Shown here: positions 9,669-19,218 of the stretch, piece after piece
Position numbering within the stretch: the first letter of the stretch is position 1
How the letters are laid out: each line of letters starts with the position of its first letter
Source of the DNA: a virus
Length of the DNA stretch: 64,000 nt
Virus record (IMG/VR): IMGVR_UViG_3300027977_000009
Strand: one strand, 5' to 3'
Made by a program: the position numbers and the translations under genes
Notes under the pieces: generated by a model
The model's database searches: none
What the model was told of the DNA's origin: nothing
Seen by the model: the letters and a program-made list of their open reading frames with translations, nothing else

Positions 9669-10886
9669 TCAAACACCAGTTTTAGGTAAAAGATATTTTG
9701 CTATTACTAAACTAGGATCCTTGATGTGTTCAGTAGTGATTATTAATTCAGTGACCCCGTGTTCTCTAAACTTGCTAACGTGGAACATCGCTGGCATCAA
9801 TACTCGCTCTATCTCAGTATGAAGACCACGCGCCCCAACGTTTAACTCTATACACCGCTGCGCAAGCTGTGCTATAGCTTCGTCAGTGAAAGACAATTTA
9901 ATGTTGTCTATCTTAAATAGATGCGTGAATTGGTCGATAAAATTGTTTTTTACTGAGGTCAGTACCAAAATCAATTCGTCTACTGTAAGTTCGTTCAATG
10001 CAACAGTCGTAGTGAATCTGCCGATAAATTCAGGAATCATTCCAAATTTGATCAGATCATCTGGAGTGACAGCACTACTTTTCTTATCCTTAGTCTTTAT
10101 ATTTTGCACGAACCCGATCGAAGCACCCTGAATTCTATTTTTGATTATAAGATCAAGGCCCGTAAAGGCGCCTCCGGCAATAAAGAGAATATTTTTAGTG
10201 TCGACCTCAATCATATCTCCTTGTGGATTCTTGCGTTTGCCGGTTACTGGCACACGGCACGTCGTCCCTTCGATCATCTTCAATAGTGCTTGCTGAACGC
10301 CTTCTCCGCTTACGTCGCGCGTAACAGAAGCATTTTCACTTTTACGTGACACCTTGTCAATCTCATCTATGAAGACGATACCTCTCTCTGCTAATGCAAC
10401 ATCACCGCCTGCACTAGCCAAGAGCATACTAATCATACTTTCTACGTCTTCGCCAACATACCCTGATTCAGTTAAACTAGTCGCGTCAGCAACCACGAAC
10501 GGAACACTTAGATACTTCGCAACTGCTCGGGCGATCAAGGTCTTGCCGGATCCTGTAGGACCAACAAGCAATACATTTCCTTTTCGAATCTCTAGGTCGG
10601 TTGACGGATATGTGATTCTTTTATAATGATTAGCTATAGCAACTGCCAACACTTCTTTAGCAGCGTCTTGGCCAATAACATGTTGATCTAAATGTTTCTT
10701 AATACTATATGCATCAAAACTTTCAGGTTCAGCGGCTACTGGTTCCTCTGCTTGCTCGTTGATAACAAGTTGGTTACATAATGCAATGCAATCGCTGCAT
10801 ATAGCCGCGTCGTCGCCCACAATCAATTTAGTTACATTGTCTTTGTGCGTCCCGCAGAAAGAACAATACTGAAGTTTATCTGGCAT
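9669..10886 (-). CDS. clpX: ATP-dependent Clp protease ATP-binding subunit ClpX
   Basis: CSFC..C..C zinc domain, GPTGSGKT, GYVGED, DEIDK, RDVSGEGVQQALLK, IGF loop. Confidence 0.95.
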   Translation of the reverse strand: MPDKLQYCSFCGTHKDNVTKLIVGDDAAICSDCIALCNQLVINEQAEEPVAAEPESFDAYSIKKHLDQHVIGQDAAKEVLAVAIANHYKRITYPSTDLEIRKGNVLLVGPTGSGKTLIARAVAKYLSVPFVVADATSLTESGYVGEDVESMISMLLASAGGDVALAERGIVFIDEIDKVSRKSENASVTRDVSGEGVQQALLKMIEGTTCRVPVTGKRKNPQGDMIEVDTKNILFIAGGAFTGLDLIIKNRIQGASIGFVQNIKTKDKKSSAVTPDDLIKFGMIPEFIGRFTTTVALNELTVDELILVLTSVKNNFIDQFTHLFKIDNIKLSFTDEAIAQLAQRCIELNVGARGLHTEIERVLMPAMFHVSKFREHGVTELIITTEHIKDPSLVIAKYLLPKTGV

Positions 10887-10919
10887 TATTTTACTCTACT
10901 CTTTGATGACTGAAACTGC

Positions 10920-12500
10920 CTAGGTATCTTTTTTGATGTATTCTTCTATTTGTAACTTTTCGTTTTCGGTCAGCAAGTCAACATCATATTCGCCTCGTTC
11001 GATTTGGGCAATAAGGTGTTTTATATAAGCATCATCATACAAATAAGAATCAGATTGTTCTTTGTTAATTTCTATCCATTTATAGCTATCAAACTTATAA
11101 ACACGATTCGGTAACATATCTACACGCACAAACACGTCTCCTTTTTGTGCAATCTTGGGAAACTGTGTTCCAAAATTAGTATTGATAGGATGATCTATAT
11201 CCGCAACAATGGCAAATAAATCAGGGCGCATCGTCTTTAGTGCTGCTGTACTCATAGATTTTCCGTCATATTCTACATAGTCACCACCGGTAGACCGTAA
11301 AGTTACCCCTTCAGTCTTGATGCTGGGTTCTGCTAGTCTATGTCGTTTTTCAGTTTCGTTTTTAGGCTCACCCAATCGTTCCACATCTTTACCTGAGACG
11401 GCCAAAGATGTTTCGTCAGGCTCTTCTCTAATTGGTTCATCGAAATCAACAGGTAGCGCTTCATTGCGCTCTGGTATAGGTTTAGCATCATTGTATGCAT
11501 CCTCTGCATAAGGGAAAATATCGTTTATAATTAATACCGGCTCTGGTATTAATTCTATCTCGGTTGTTTTTAGAAGTTCGTGTTCTAGTGATTCCGTTTT
11601 TTCTTCCTTCGGAACAACATCCTCCTGAACTTTAGGTTTAGACTGTTCTGCGGATGGCAAAACTTCTATACTATCTGTGGATTTATCTTCATTTTGATTT
11701 TTTGCTAAATCTTCATTTAACCATTTATAGCTGCTCTGTGCAGCTACCATAAGTGCAAGCGCCAGTGGATCAAACACTAGTACGAGAAGAATGATAACCC
11801 AACGTACCGCGCGTTCTAATAAATTAGTATCTGGGTCGTCACCGTATATCATTGCGGCGATGTACTTGATCGGACCTATTTCGGCCTCAACTTTGCGAAT
11901 CTCGGCACGAATGGGCGCAACTTCTTCGTTAAGTTTTGCTATTTCAGCTTGTTCAGCTTCTATCTCTTGTATTAATCGATTGCGTTCGGTGGCTTGTTGC
12001 CTACGAACCTGAATCGCACGATTAGCACCCCTGTCATCGTCGGTTCTACCCAATAACTGATCAACCTGACTGTTCATTTGCTCAAGAGCCTTTTGGCTCA
12101 TGGCAATGTTTTCGCGCGAAATCTTGATCTTTTCATCAACTAGCTCAACTTTAGCAGCGGTGTCGCCACTTACTAAAGTCTGGTCACTGTGAGCCTTTGC
12201 CAAATATCCATATGTCCCCATAGAGGTGATTAGCATCAATGACACAACTGCCAGCACTAGATACGATTTCAGCGCCCATCCGGCTTTGGTCCAGTATTTG
12301 TGAAGCCATACCACCGCCGTGATTTTACCTAACTCTAATGCACTTCCCATAACCATCACTGGCACTGCTGCCGCTGAAAAGATGACGGCCAAACCAGTGA
12401 TGGAATAGAAAGCACTAATTGCGGAAATAAACAGGGCAACTAGCAGTACGATGGCATTAAATATCATTTGTGTTTTCCCTGCTGGAGCAACGATATCCAA
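10920..12500 (-). CDS. Multi-pass membrane protein with coiled coil and acidic linker
   Basis: N-terminal TM helices, heptad region, further TM; start probably the ATG of MIFNAI. Confidence 0.6.
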   Translation of the reverse strand: MDIVAPAGKTQMIFNAIVLLVALFISAISAFYSITGLAVIFSAAAVPVMVMGSALELGKITAVVWLHKYWTKAGWALKSYLVLAVVSLMLITSMGTYGYLAKAHSDQTLVSGDTAAKVELVDEKIKISRENIAMSQKALEQMNSQVDQLLGRTDDDRGANRAIQVRRQQATERNRLIQEIEAEQAEIAKLNEEVAPIRAEIRKVEAEIGPIKYIAAMIYGDDPDTNLLERAVRWVIILLVLVFDPLALALMVAAQSSYKWLNEDLAKNQNEDKSTDSIEVLPSAEQSKPKVQEDVVPKEEKTESLEHELLKTTEIELIPEPVLIINDIFPYAEDAYNDAKPIPERNEALPVDFDEPIREEPDETSLAVSGKDVERLGEPKNETEKRHRLAEPSIKTEGVTLRSTGGDYVEYDGKSMSTAALKTMRPDLFAIVADIDHPINTNFGTQFPKIAQKGDVFVRVDMLPNRVYKFDSYKWIEINKEQSDSYLYDDAYIKHLIAQIERGEYDVDLLTENEKLQIEEYIKKDT

Positions 12501-12623
12501 ATTTTGGATAGGTCACGGCCATAGTGAGGGATCCTACATACCATTTGTCTGTAGATAGGCGAGTCCATTTGTATGCATAAAGTGTCATTAGCTATTTAGT
12601 CTAATTTTCTGTTTCTGTTGGAT

Positions 12624-12866
12624 TTAAAACAGATGACCATATGTAATATGAAATTCGTCGAGCATCATCAACAACTTTCTGGGAATACCCGGTCCTTGCT
12701 GAACATGATATGTTACCCATGGACCAGTCTCTCTACGTTTGATCTGCACGATCTCAATACTGTCACCGTCTTCGAAAACATATTTCTTACCGACCATCTT
12801 TTGAAGTTCTAGGTAATCGACTGGATCTTCTTCCCAACCTTCTATATTGTCAGTGTTCTCGTTCAT
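12624..12866 (-). CDS. Hypothetical protein
   Basis: 80-aa ORF coupled to upstream ORF via ATGA. Confidence 0.6.
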   Translation of the reverse strand: MNENTDNIEGWEEDPVDYLELQKMVGKKYVFEDGDSIEIVQIKRRETGPWVTYHVQQGPGIPRKLLMMLDEFHITYGHLF

Positions 12867-13042
12867 TCTTCGTCACCAAACAAAAACTCCTTCATGCGTA
12901 TCTGGGTAACCGCTTCATCCTTCATAGCACAATCAAAGCAGATTTCTTCATGATTGATGCCAAACGGTCGAGTCTCTGCAATAATACCACAACCTTCGCA
13001 GCGTTGAGGTAGTTCTTCGAAAATAATATTTAAACCAGACAT
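12863..13042 (-). CDS. Small Cys4 zinc-finger protein (59 aa)
   Basis: Read manually: RCEGCG...ICFDCA; GAGG RBS. Confidence 0.6.
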   Translation of the reverse strand: MSGLNIIFEELPQRCEGCGIIAETRPFGINHEEICFDCAMKDEAVTQIRMKEFLFGDEE

Positions 13043-13051
13043 TTTAGTTCC

Positions 13052-14014
13052 TCACTTGTCATATCGAAATGATTTAAATCTAGGAAAACGTAGACTATAA
13101 GTGCCGTTTTGATTAAGAGTTATCGCATCTGCCATAATTACCACCGATCGCCCGATCAGATCGTTTCGGTTATCCCAATATTCTTGTCGTTCAGCATCAG
13201 TAAACCCGCTACCCACATTGACTACAATGTGTTTTCCGTCGTCCATTCCTTCACAGACCAATGCTCCCATTCTGTCCTTGTTCTTTCCGGTACCGGATTC
13301 CACACCGATTACAGTGAGGTCGTAATCATGCACGGGCTTGTACTTCATCCAGGCGGTGTTACGCTTACATTCATACGAGGTCGCAAGATCCTTGATCATG
13401 ATGCCCTCAAATCCAGCAGTAACCATATCTTTTGCATAACGATCAAGCTGATTTCTGCCCTCGAGTGTAGTAAGATCAACAAGTAGATGTGGAAGTAATT
13501 CTAGGTTGGACATCTTGTCAATGGCAGACTTCATTGCGTCAAGCAATGCGAGACGTTTGGTCAGGGATGCGTTCCAGTATCCCCTGCTAAAATCAAGAAT
13601 AGGAATAATGTCAAATACGTGAAACACACTGTCCTCGCTCGCAACATTTTCTTTACGACGAGCCTGGCGCATCAGTTCTTGAAAACTATTACCCACAACT
13701 TCACCATCAAGCACAAATCCAAGAGTTAGGTCTGCCCCAAGGCCTCCTACCTCATGCCTAGCAGCAATCATTTCAGGTAAGTTATCAAGTACTTGTTTTT
13801 CGATGTGGTTAAAGTTTTCAAATACCTTACCATTACGGCTATAGCATGTGACATGTGCCCCGCTGTCAAGAACTTGCACTACTAGTAGAACACGGCAGTT
13901 GTGGACTAGCACCCCATTTGCAAAAAAGTTTTCGGTATTCTTTACTTGTATGTCATACCGTGCCATTTTGGTTGGAGGTAGTTTTTTAATACTTTTGATT
14001 TTTAGGGTGGTCAT
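13052..14014 (-). CDS. lig: ATP-dependent DNA ligase C-terminal fragment preceded by 39-aa C-intein
   Basis: YDIQVKNTENFFANGVLVHN|C then SRNGK, LDGEV, FDI, EGIMIK, WMKYK, VGSGF, LRFPRF. Confidence 0.92.
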   Translation of the reverse strand: MTTLKIKSIKKLPPTKMARYDIQVKNTENFFANGVLVHNCRVLLVVQVLDSGAHVTCYSRNGKVFENFNHIEKQVLDNLPEMIAARHEVGGLGADLTLGFVLDGEVVGNSFQELMRQARRKENVASEDSVFHVFDIIPILDFSRGYWNASLTKRLALLDAMKSAIDKMSNLELLPHLLVDLTTLEGRNQLDRYAKDMVTAGFEGIMIKDLATSYECKRNTAWMKYKPVHDYDLTVIGVESGTGKNKDRMGALVCEGMDDGKHIVVNVGSGFTDAERQEYWDNRNDLIGRSVVIMADAITLNQNGTYSLRFPRFKSFRYDK

Positions 14015-14865
14015 GTCAATCTTTCAGTTAGCATTAGTTTGATGTCTTCAAAGTGATATTTGATATCATATTCCCAAATTACAATTATGTCAACCCCAAA
14101 ATAGCGGATATGGTTATTTCGTATTTCATCACCTAACCAGACCTCAGCGGCCGTACACGGACCGTCAAAAAACACGACAACATCAGACTCGTGGTATATT
14201 CTTGGATTCATGTGCCATCTATCACCGAATATTTCTATTACGACATTTTTATCAGGAATAAAAATATCAGGGATAGGTGAATACGTTCTTTTTAACTCGT
14301 CATTAAATTTTCTAAATAGACCAGCTTTGTCATTGTCGTGTTCTATAGTCAGAGTATGTAGGAAATCTGATATTTTTTTGTGAGGTTTAGAGAATCTCCC
14401 ATTGTTTTTGGTATACTATGGCAGTTCAACTGGGTTAAGAACTCCGTATTTTTTATATAGGGTTTCTTTTGATTTTTGCTTTACTTCTTCTCGTTGAAAC
14501 GGATTTATTACTCCATACCTATCTAAGTTTGTATTATTTTTCTTTTCTTTGATTAGTTTGGATTGAGATACATTGGTTATTCCATGACCATATGTTTTTT
14601 CTACAGTAGACTTATACAAATCTCGTGTTATTCTACTGTTTGCAGTATCTTTTAAACTGGGTATTTTAATACCGTGGTGCTTGCAGGTTGTAGATATCAT
14701 GTCATATGATATTTTCTCTCCGAATAAGGTCAACGAATTCTTGGATAGGTACAAGATAGAATATCCTGCTAGTATCATATCACTGATCTTATCCTTATAC
14801 TGTTCACCTATTAGGTGATAGTCAATGTTCCTCACTATTTTTCCACATATATGACATACCGGCAT
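14011..14865 (-). pseudogene. Vsr-like (EDxHD-type) homing endonuclease with one in-frame TAG at 14416-14418
   Basis: ORFs 14416-14865 and 14011-14211 are in frame; past the TAG the frame reads PDIFIPDKNVVIEIFGDRWHMNP. Confidence 0.8.
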
Positions 14866-14913
14866 AATAATCTCCTATAATAGTTATTTATGCCTGTAGC
14901 AGAAATTAGATGG

Positions 14914-15738
14914 TTAAATGTGCTCTAATAATTCATCATTGTCAGTTAGCAAGTCTACTCTACGATAGCATTTTAACTTAGGAAGATAGACCAAATGATT
15001 ACCCGTTAGCGGTGGCAAAGTTTTACCGTTCTCTAATGTTATCTCGTACCATTCATAATCATCGACCGAGTCATCAATTCCGTCCACCGCCCAGCCGGTA
15101 ATTTCGTTAAATTCGACCTTACCGGTAATCATATTGTATGATTTGACCTTACCTGCTAATTTGTTGTCAACTACTTCCTTGATTGTGACTTTACTGCCAT
15201 CTTCAAACTCAACTACCCAATCTGAACTTAAACAGCCATCAAGTTTAGGTTCGAGACGTTTGATACCGGTCATCTCGGGTCTGCCTTCAGAATTGGTTGC
15301 CAGTTGACACCCAAAAACTGAAATTTCGTACTCTGTCTTTTTGCAAACTTTGTTGATTGTGGTTGACGATATGCCACAGCGTATGTCGCGCCGCAAAACG
15401 GGAGCAAGAAAAGTATTCCACTCGTCACTGTCGAATCGGTCTGCCATTGTTTGGATAGCGTCACGTGCATCATGTCCGGTGAGTTCACGAGTGCCGAGCT
15501 TTACAGTAAGATCGCCAAACTCGTCCCAAGGGTTTTCTGCATCAGTAATTCCAAAAGTTTCTGGTATCTGTCTTACCCCAAACACGATGTATGGATCATA
15601 ACAAAGCTTCAGCATATTAAGAAAAAACTTAGCAGTTGTGTTGCCAAGTAATGCTGCTGTTAGCGCCTGACTGATAATGTGTTCTTTGTGAATGCGAGAA
15701 TCGCTACTGTTGAGTGCGTTAATCCACGATGCCGACAT
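14914..15738 (-). CDS. lig: ATP-dependent DNA ligase N-terminal fragment followed by 106-aa N-intein
   Basis: EPKLDG adenylation motif followed by CLSSDWVVEFEDG (block A) and LTGNH (block B). Confidence 0.92.
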   Translation of the reverse strand: MSASWINALNSSDSRIHKEHIISQALTAALLGNTTAKFFLNMLKLCYDPYIVFGVRQIPETFGITDAENPWDEFGDLTVKLGTRELTGHDARDAIQTMADRFDSDEWNTFLAPVLRRDIRCGISSTTINKVCKKTEYEISVFGCQLATNSEGRPEMTGIKRLEPKLDGCLSSDWVVEFEDGSKVTIKEVVDNKLAGKVKSYNMITGKVEFNEITGWAVDGIDDSVDDYEWYEITLENGKTLPPLTGNHLVYLPKLKCYRRVDLLTDNDELLEHI

Positions 15739-15787
15739 GAGTGCTCCTTGAATTATAGTATACTATCAAATTAGGTTGATGTCAAGT

Positions 15788-15997
15788 TCAAAGATCGGGT
15801 ATGCGCCAGCGATTAAGCTTATTGCACGAGGCGCATCGACGTTCCTGGATATGACTCGGAACGTATACATTTTCGCGGACTTTTTCAGGTTCACGATATT
15901 TGGTCCAACTGTGCCAACCAAACCTACACCAAAAACTGCTCACAAGCAATTCCTCATCACGCAAGGCCCTAAATGTGTTTTCTTTGCTGTTGTTCAT
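15788..15997 (-). CDS. Small hypothetical protein (CRFGWH...RCASC)
   Basis: 69-aa ORF with Cys/His pattern. Confidence 0.55.
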   Translation of the reverse strand: MNNSKENTFRALRDEELLVSSFWCRFGWHSWTKYREPEKVRENVYVPSHIQERRCASCNKLNRWRIPDL

Positions 15998-16024
15998 GGC
16001 TGTTTTAATAATATAAATGATAGT

Positions 16025-16117
16025 TGGGTGTTCGTCAAACAGTCCACTTAGGGAATTTACAACCCTTTAAAGGGAGACCCACTTTACGAAAGACCATTCG
16101 TGTTTGACGAACACCCA
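16025..16117. ncRNA. Putative structured intergenic RNA closed by perfect 17-bp inverted repeat
   Basis: TGGGTGTTCGTCAAACA...TGTTTGACGAACACCCA enclosing 59 nt with small hairpins. Confidence 0.45.
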
Positions 16118-16126
16118 CTTTAAGGT

Positions 16127-16786
16127 TCAGAGAACCTTAACACGGGAAAGCTGAGAAGACCCATCACAATGAGACTTAACAGTACCCCTAACATTCAGCG
16201 ACTTGCCGATATCAATCTGATTACGGCTGCTGAAAAACACAGACTTATTATTTTCAGTGATCGCAGTAATGAAATATACGTTCCAGTTACGAGAATAAAA
16301 ACACTTCACTACGTTAACTTTGAGATCAACCCTATCACCCATGTCACCAACAAAACCATTCGTGTCACGGACACGGCGATCAGTTTCTGCACGAGCTTTA
16401 TAACGCTCATACGAAGCAGGGAGAGACGAAACAACAGCAATCTCGTAGAAGCTGTCAACAGTCTCTTTGTCAGCAACACTGAGCATAACTTGCTCAAAAT
16501 CACTCAGAGTCTTTCCCTGCAGGATCTTGAACGTCAGGGAGTTACAGTACTGACGCACTTCTTGTCCCAGTGCACGGTCCTCATCGTTGATGTCAAAGTC
16601 ACCGCGAAGAAACTGAGAAGTCAGCTTCTTGTTAGCGATCTTCTCAACCTTCTCGACATGCCCATCAGTATCATACAGAATCTTGTCGTCCTTAAGATAT
16701 TCGCCGTTGATGCGCTGTGCTGCACAAGCAGCGGCAAACACTTCGTCAGTCGAATAAGAAATCTTCGGAGCCTGATAACGAGCCAT
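16127..16786 (-). CDS. Hypothetical early protein with probable C-terminal OB-fold
   Basis: Beta-rich C-terminus (VRGTVKSH...LSRVKV); early promoter upstream. Confidence 0.55.
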   Translation of the reverse strand: MARYQAPKISYSTDEVFAAACAAQRINGEYLKDDKILYDTDGHVEKVEKIANKKLTSQFLRGDFDINDEDRALGQEVRQYCNSLTFKILQGKTLSDFEQVMLSVADKETVDSFYEIAVVSSLPASYERYKARAETDRRVRDTNGFVGDMGDRVDLKVNVVKCFYSRNWNVYFITAITENNKSVFFSSRNQIDIGKSLNVRGTVKSHCDGSSQLSRVKVL

Positions 16787-16818
16787 TTGCTAGTCCTTTG
16801 CTTCAATCTATGATCTTA

Positions 16819-16847
16819 AATATAGCAAAGGAGATTCAGAATGTCAA
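16819..16847 (-). promoter_or_regulatory. Sigma70-type early promoter
   Basis: TTGACA-N17-TATATT preceded by TTGC. Confidence 0.75.
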
Positions 16848-16879
16848 CCAAAAACGACCCATTAAAGAAATTCTTTTAC

Positions 16880-16907
16880 CACCCTATCAGGCATTGCCTG
16901 ATAGGGT
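16880..16907. terminator. Hairpin terminator
   Basis: ACCCTATCAGGCA-T-TGCCTGATAGGGT. Confidence 0.6.
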
Positions 16908-16922
16908 ATGGCTGGAGTAAAT

Positions 16923-17186
16923 TTATTCGGAAGACTTCTTGTTATTCACGAAGTCATACATCTTCTGTGCAGCTTCTAGGACCTTATCGAGCCCTGGAAA
17001 TTCTGGAGCTGCAACCTTAGTCACAATTTGACCAGTTTTTGGATCACGTTCCCGAGATACTTCCCATCCCATGTATTTGGCATGATATTCTTCAGTAACT
17101 AATTGCTTCGCCATCTCTAGTACGTCAGCACGGATCTCATATCCGTTCTTTGTTGTTCGGAATTCAGGAAATTTTGGAAGTTCCAC
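16923..17186 (-). CDS. Hypothetical phage protein (KNGYEIR motif)
   Basis: AGGAG RBS, GTG start. Confidence 0.65.
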   Translation of the reverse strand: MELPKFPEFRTTKNGYEIRADVLEMAKQLVTEEYHAKYMGWEVSRERDPKTGQIVTKVAAPEFPGLDKVLEAAQKMYDFVNNKKSSE

Positions 17187-17444
17187 TTAAGTCTTCTCCT
17201 TAATATATTAGGCTTGTGAAAACAAATAACATGTATACGCATATAGCACCCATAACAGTGCCTCCGGCGCAACTTGTCAGTTGAGTTGCTTTATAAGTAG
17301 TCATTATTTTAATTATCTTTCTTTGTGCCTTGGTTAAAAATTTTCTTTGACTCTGACCACATCGCTTGATGCATAAAAGCCTGATTCTCTCCGTTGATTA
17401 TCAATCCACGGAGGTAAAACTCTAGTGCCCGTTTGAAAAACTGC

Positions 17445-17723
17445 TTAATCATTTTGCTTTTCTTTTTTAGGCAAAACAGTTTTTACGCTTTCTTGGGCAG
17501 TATTAACCAAATCAGTATAAAAATCCTTATCAGTAATTAACTGAAAAAGTGAAGACCCGGCTTCAGACATGGCTGTAACGGCATTCTTGGTATACACGGT
17601 TTGTGCATCTACGAATTTGTTGAATGAATTAGCAAGGGGTTCGTGTTTGACAAAAGAGTCAATGGCAATCTTTTGCATTGCCTGCACCGATTCAACGGTG
17701 TTGTTGATTAAAGTTTTAAACAT
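17445..17723 (-). CDS. Phasin-like small helical protein
   Basis: Amphipathic helical pattern (FVDAQTVYTKNAV); family call is tentative. Confidence 0.4.
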   Translation of the reverse strand: MFKTLINNTVESVQAMQKIAIDSFVKHEPLANSFNKFVDAQTVYTKNAVTAMSEAGSSLFQLITDKDFYTDLVNTAQESVKTVLPKKEKQND

Positions 17724-17810
17724 AGTATTCCTTTCTGTGTGTGTGGTAGTAGATCGACTACAGTGTCAGTCTACGATACTATTTAGTGTAAGTAAACTGG
17801 TTCGGGTTAA

Positions 17811-18221
17811 TTATGCTATGACAGATTCGACATATTCAGTTAGTGACCCAAACAAACCTAGCATCATCGCGATACGATGATCATATACCCATACACGTAG
17901 ATGTTGTTGTTCTATGCTAGAAGAAATAAAATATGGACAGTGTAGTTTCTTGTTGACGAAAACTGAATACCTCTCCCACGCCGCTGCCGTCCAAACTTGT
18001 CCACTATTGTCAACTGGAAAATCGTAGTGTGCGATCTGTGCATATGCGAAAGCTTTTGATCCTTCTACTGTTAGTCGTAATCCAGATCCCGTACGCCCGC
18101 TAATAAACCAAGAGAACACAAGTTTATCCACTGGTATATTTTTCCAAGGATTATCGGGGTCGTCACCTATCGCCGCTAAGATAGTTTTTACTATCTCTGT
18201 CTTCGATTTGGGATAGGTCAC
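17811..18221 (-). CDS. Hypothetical protein
   Basis: 136-aa ORF in operon. Confidence 0.6.
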   Translation of the reverse strand: MTYPKSKTEIVKTILAAIGDDPDNPWKNIPVDKLVFSWFISGRTGSGLRLTVEGSKAFAYAQIAHYDFPVDNSGQVWTAAAWERYSVFVNKKLHCPYFISSSIEQQHLRVWVYDHRIAMMLGLFGSLTEYVESVIA

Positions 18222-18232
18222 AATCGGATTAC

Positions 18233-18538
18233 CTACTCATCAGTGATGGATTCTGGGTAAACCGTTCTACCTTGGTTTAAAAAACAAACAGTAAACTTGT
18301 CAGTCTTAAACTGTGCATTCAGCTTGCGACATAGGTTCCTAGCATGACCAGGATTTGAGAAACTAGTCTTTTTATACTTGGGAGCAGAATCGTTAGTGAG
18401 GTAATGTGATGACTTGAGATTGATGGGTTGACCATCAAGAAATACAGCCCATATTCCAGCAGCCTCTACAATCTGATCACATTTATAGGTCTGTCTATCT
18501 ACATGTTCGAGCAAAATATTAGGTTGATTTCTAGACAT
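18233..18538 (-). CDS. Hypothetical protein (KYKKTSFSNPGHA motif)
   Basis: 101-aa ORF in operon. Confidence 0.65.
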   Translation of the reverse strand: MSRNQPNILLEHVDRQTYKCDQIVEAAGIWAVFLDGQPINLKSSHYLTNDSAPKYKKTSFSNPGHARNLCRKLNAQFKTDKFTVCFLNQGRTVYPESITDE

Positions 18539-18547
18539 TTAGATCAT

Positions 18548-18760
18548 TCATTTAAATGAACCTCCTCTTATTTGTATCTCAAACACTTCATTTTTTCGAT
18601 CTTCATCATGTTTCGTACTATGCTCGTACAGTTCCGCTAATAGCTTAGTAAGCTCATCTCGCAATCCACGTGCTTCGGCGATCGGAATAACCACATCTTT
18701 GGCATTCTTTGTTTCGACTACTGTCATCTTTTCCATGAATCGCTTTATATGAAGGAACAT
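18548..18760 (-). CDS. Hypothetical protein
   Basis: 70-aa ORF in operon. Confidence 0.55.
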   Translation of the reverse strand: MFLHIKRFMEKMTVVETKNAKDVVIPIAEARGLRDELTKLLAELYEHSTKHDEDRKNEVFEIQIRGGSFK

Positions 18761-18762
18761 CG

Positions 18763-19218
18763 CTAGATATTTATCTTATTAAGAGCTTCAGTTTCCGTTT
18801 TAAACGGACCCTCATATGGGTAACGTTGAATGAAAATATACTTTGGGCAGAACATGACTGTCTTGATTCCGTTCTGCTCTAACAAGAACCATCCTGCAGC
18901 GTGTAAACATTTACTTTTCGTAGAGGTAGTAAACAGATGTAAGCCACGCGTGATGTCAAAAATAGAATTATATACATGTTCTGGCGTAGGATATTCAGGG
19001 TAGGGCAGAGATATCTTCGTACGATCTGACTTGATAGGGTCGAAACGAATCCTAGTCTTTTTCTTTAACTCGACTGCATTGTCAAACTGGAACAAATGTC
19101 CGTTAAGTTGAACACCGTAACCAGAGTTATTAGCTTCGATATTTCCTACCTTTTTAGTACCATCCGTAACGATCCAAAATTGGTCTTTGACGATTGTTTT
19201 CGCGATTAGATCAGTCAT
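18763..19218 (-). CDS. Hypothetical protein
   Basis: 151-aa ORF with AGGA RBS. Confidence 0.65.
   Translation of the reverse strand: MTDLIAKTIVKDQFWIVTDGTKKVGNIEANNSGYGVQLNGHLFQFDNAVELKKKTRIRFDPIKSDRTKISLPYPEYPTPEHVYNSIFDITRGLHLFTTSTKSKCLHAAGWFLLEQNGIKTVMFCPKYIFIQRYPYEGPFKTETEALNKINI

Noticed and set aside
14416-14418. Genome-wide TAG recoding suggested by in-frame TAGs here and near 56666
   Set aside because: clpS and other full-length genes end in TAG directly before a terminator or the next start; long genes are uninterrupted in code 11
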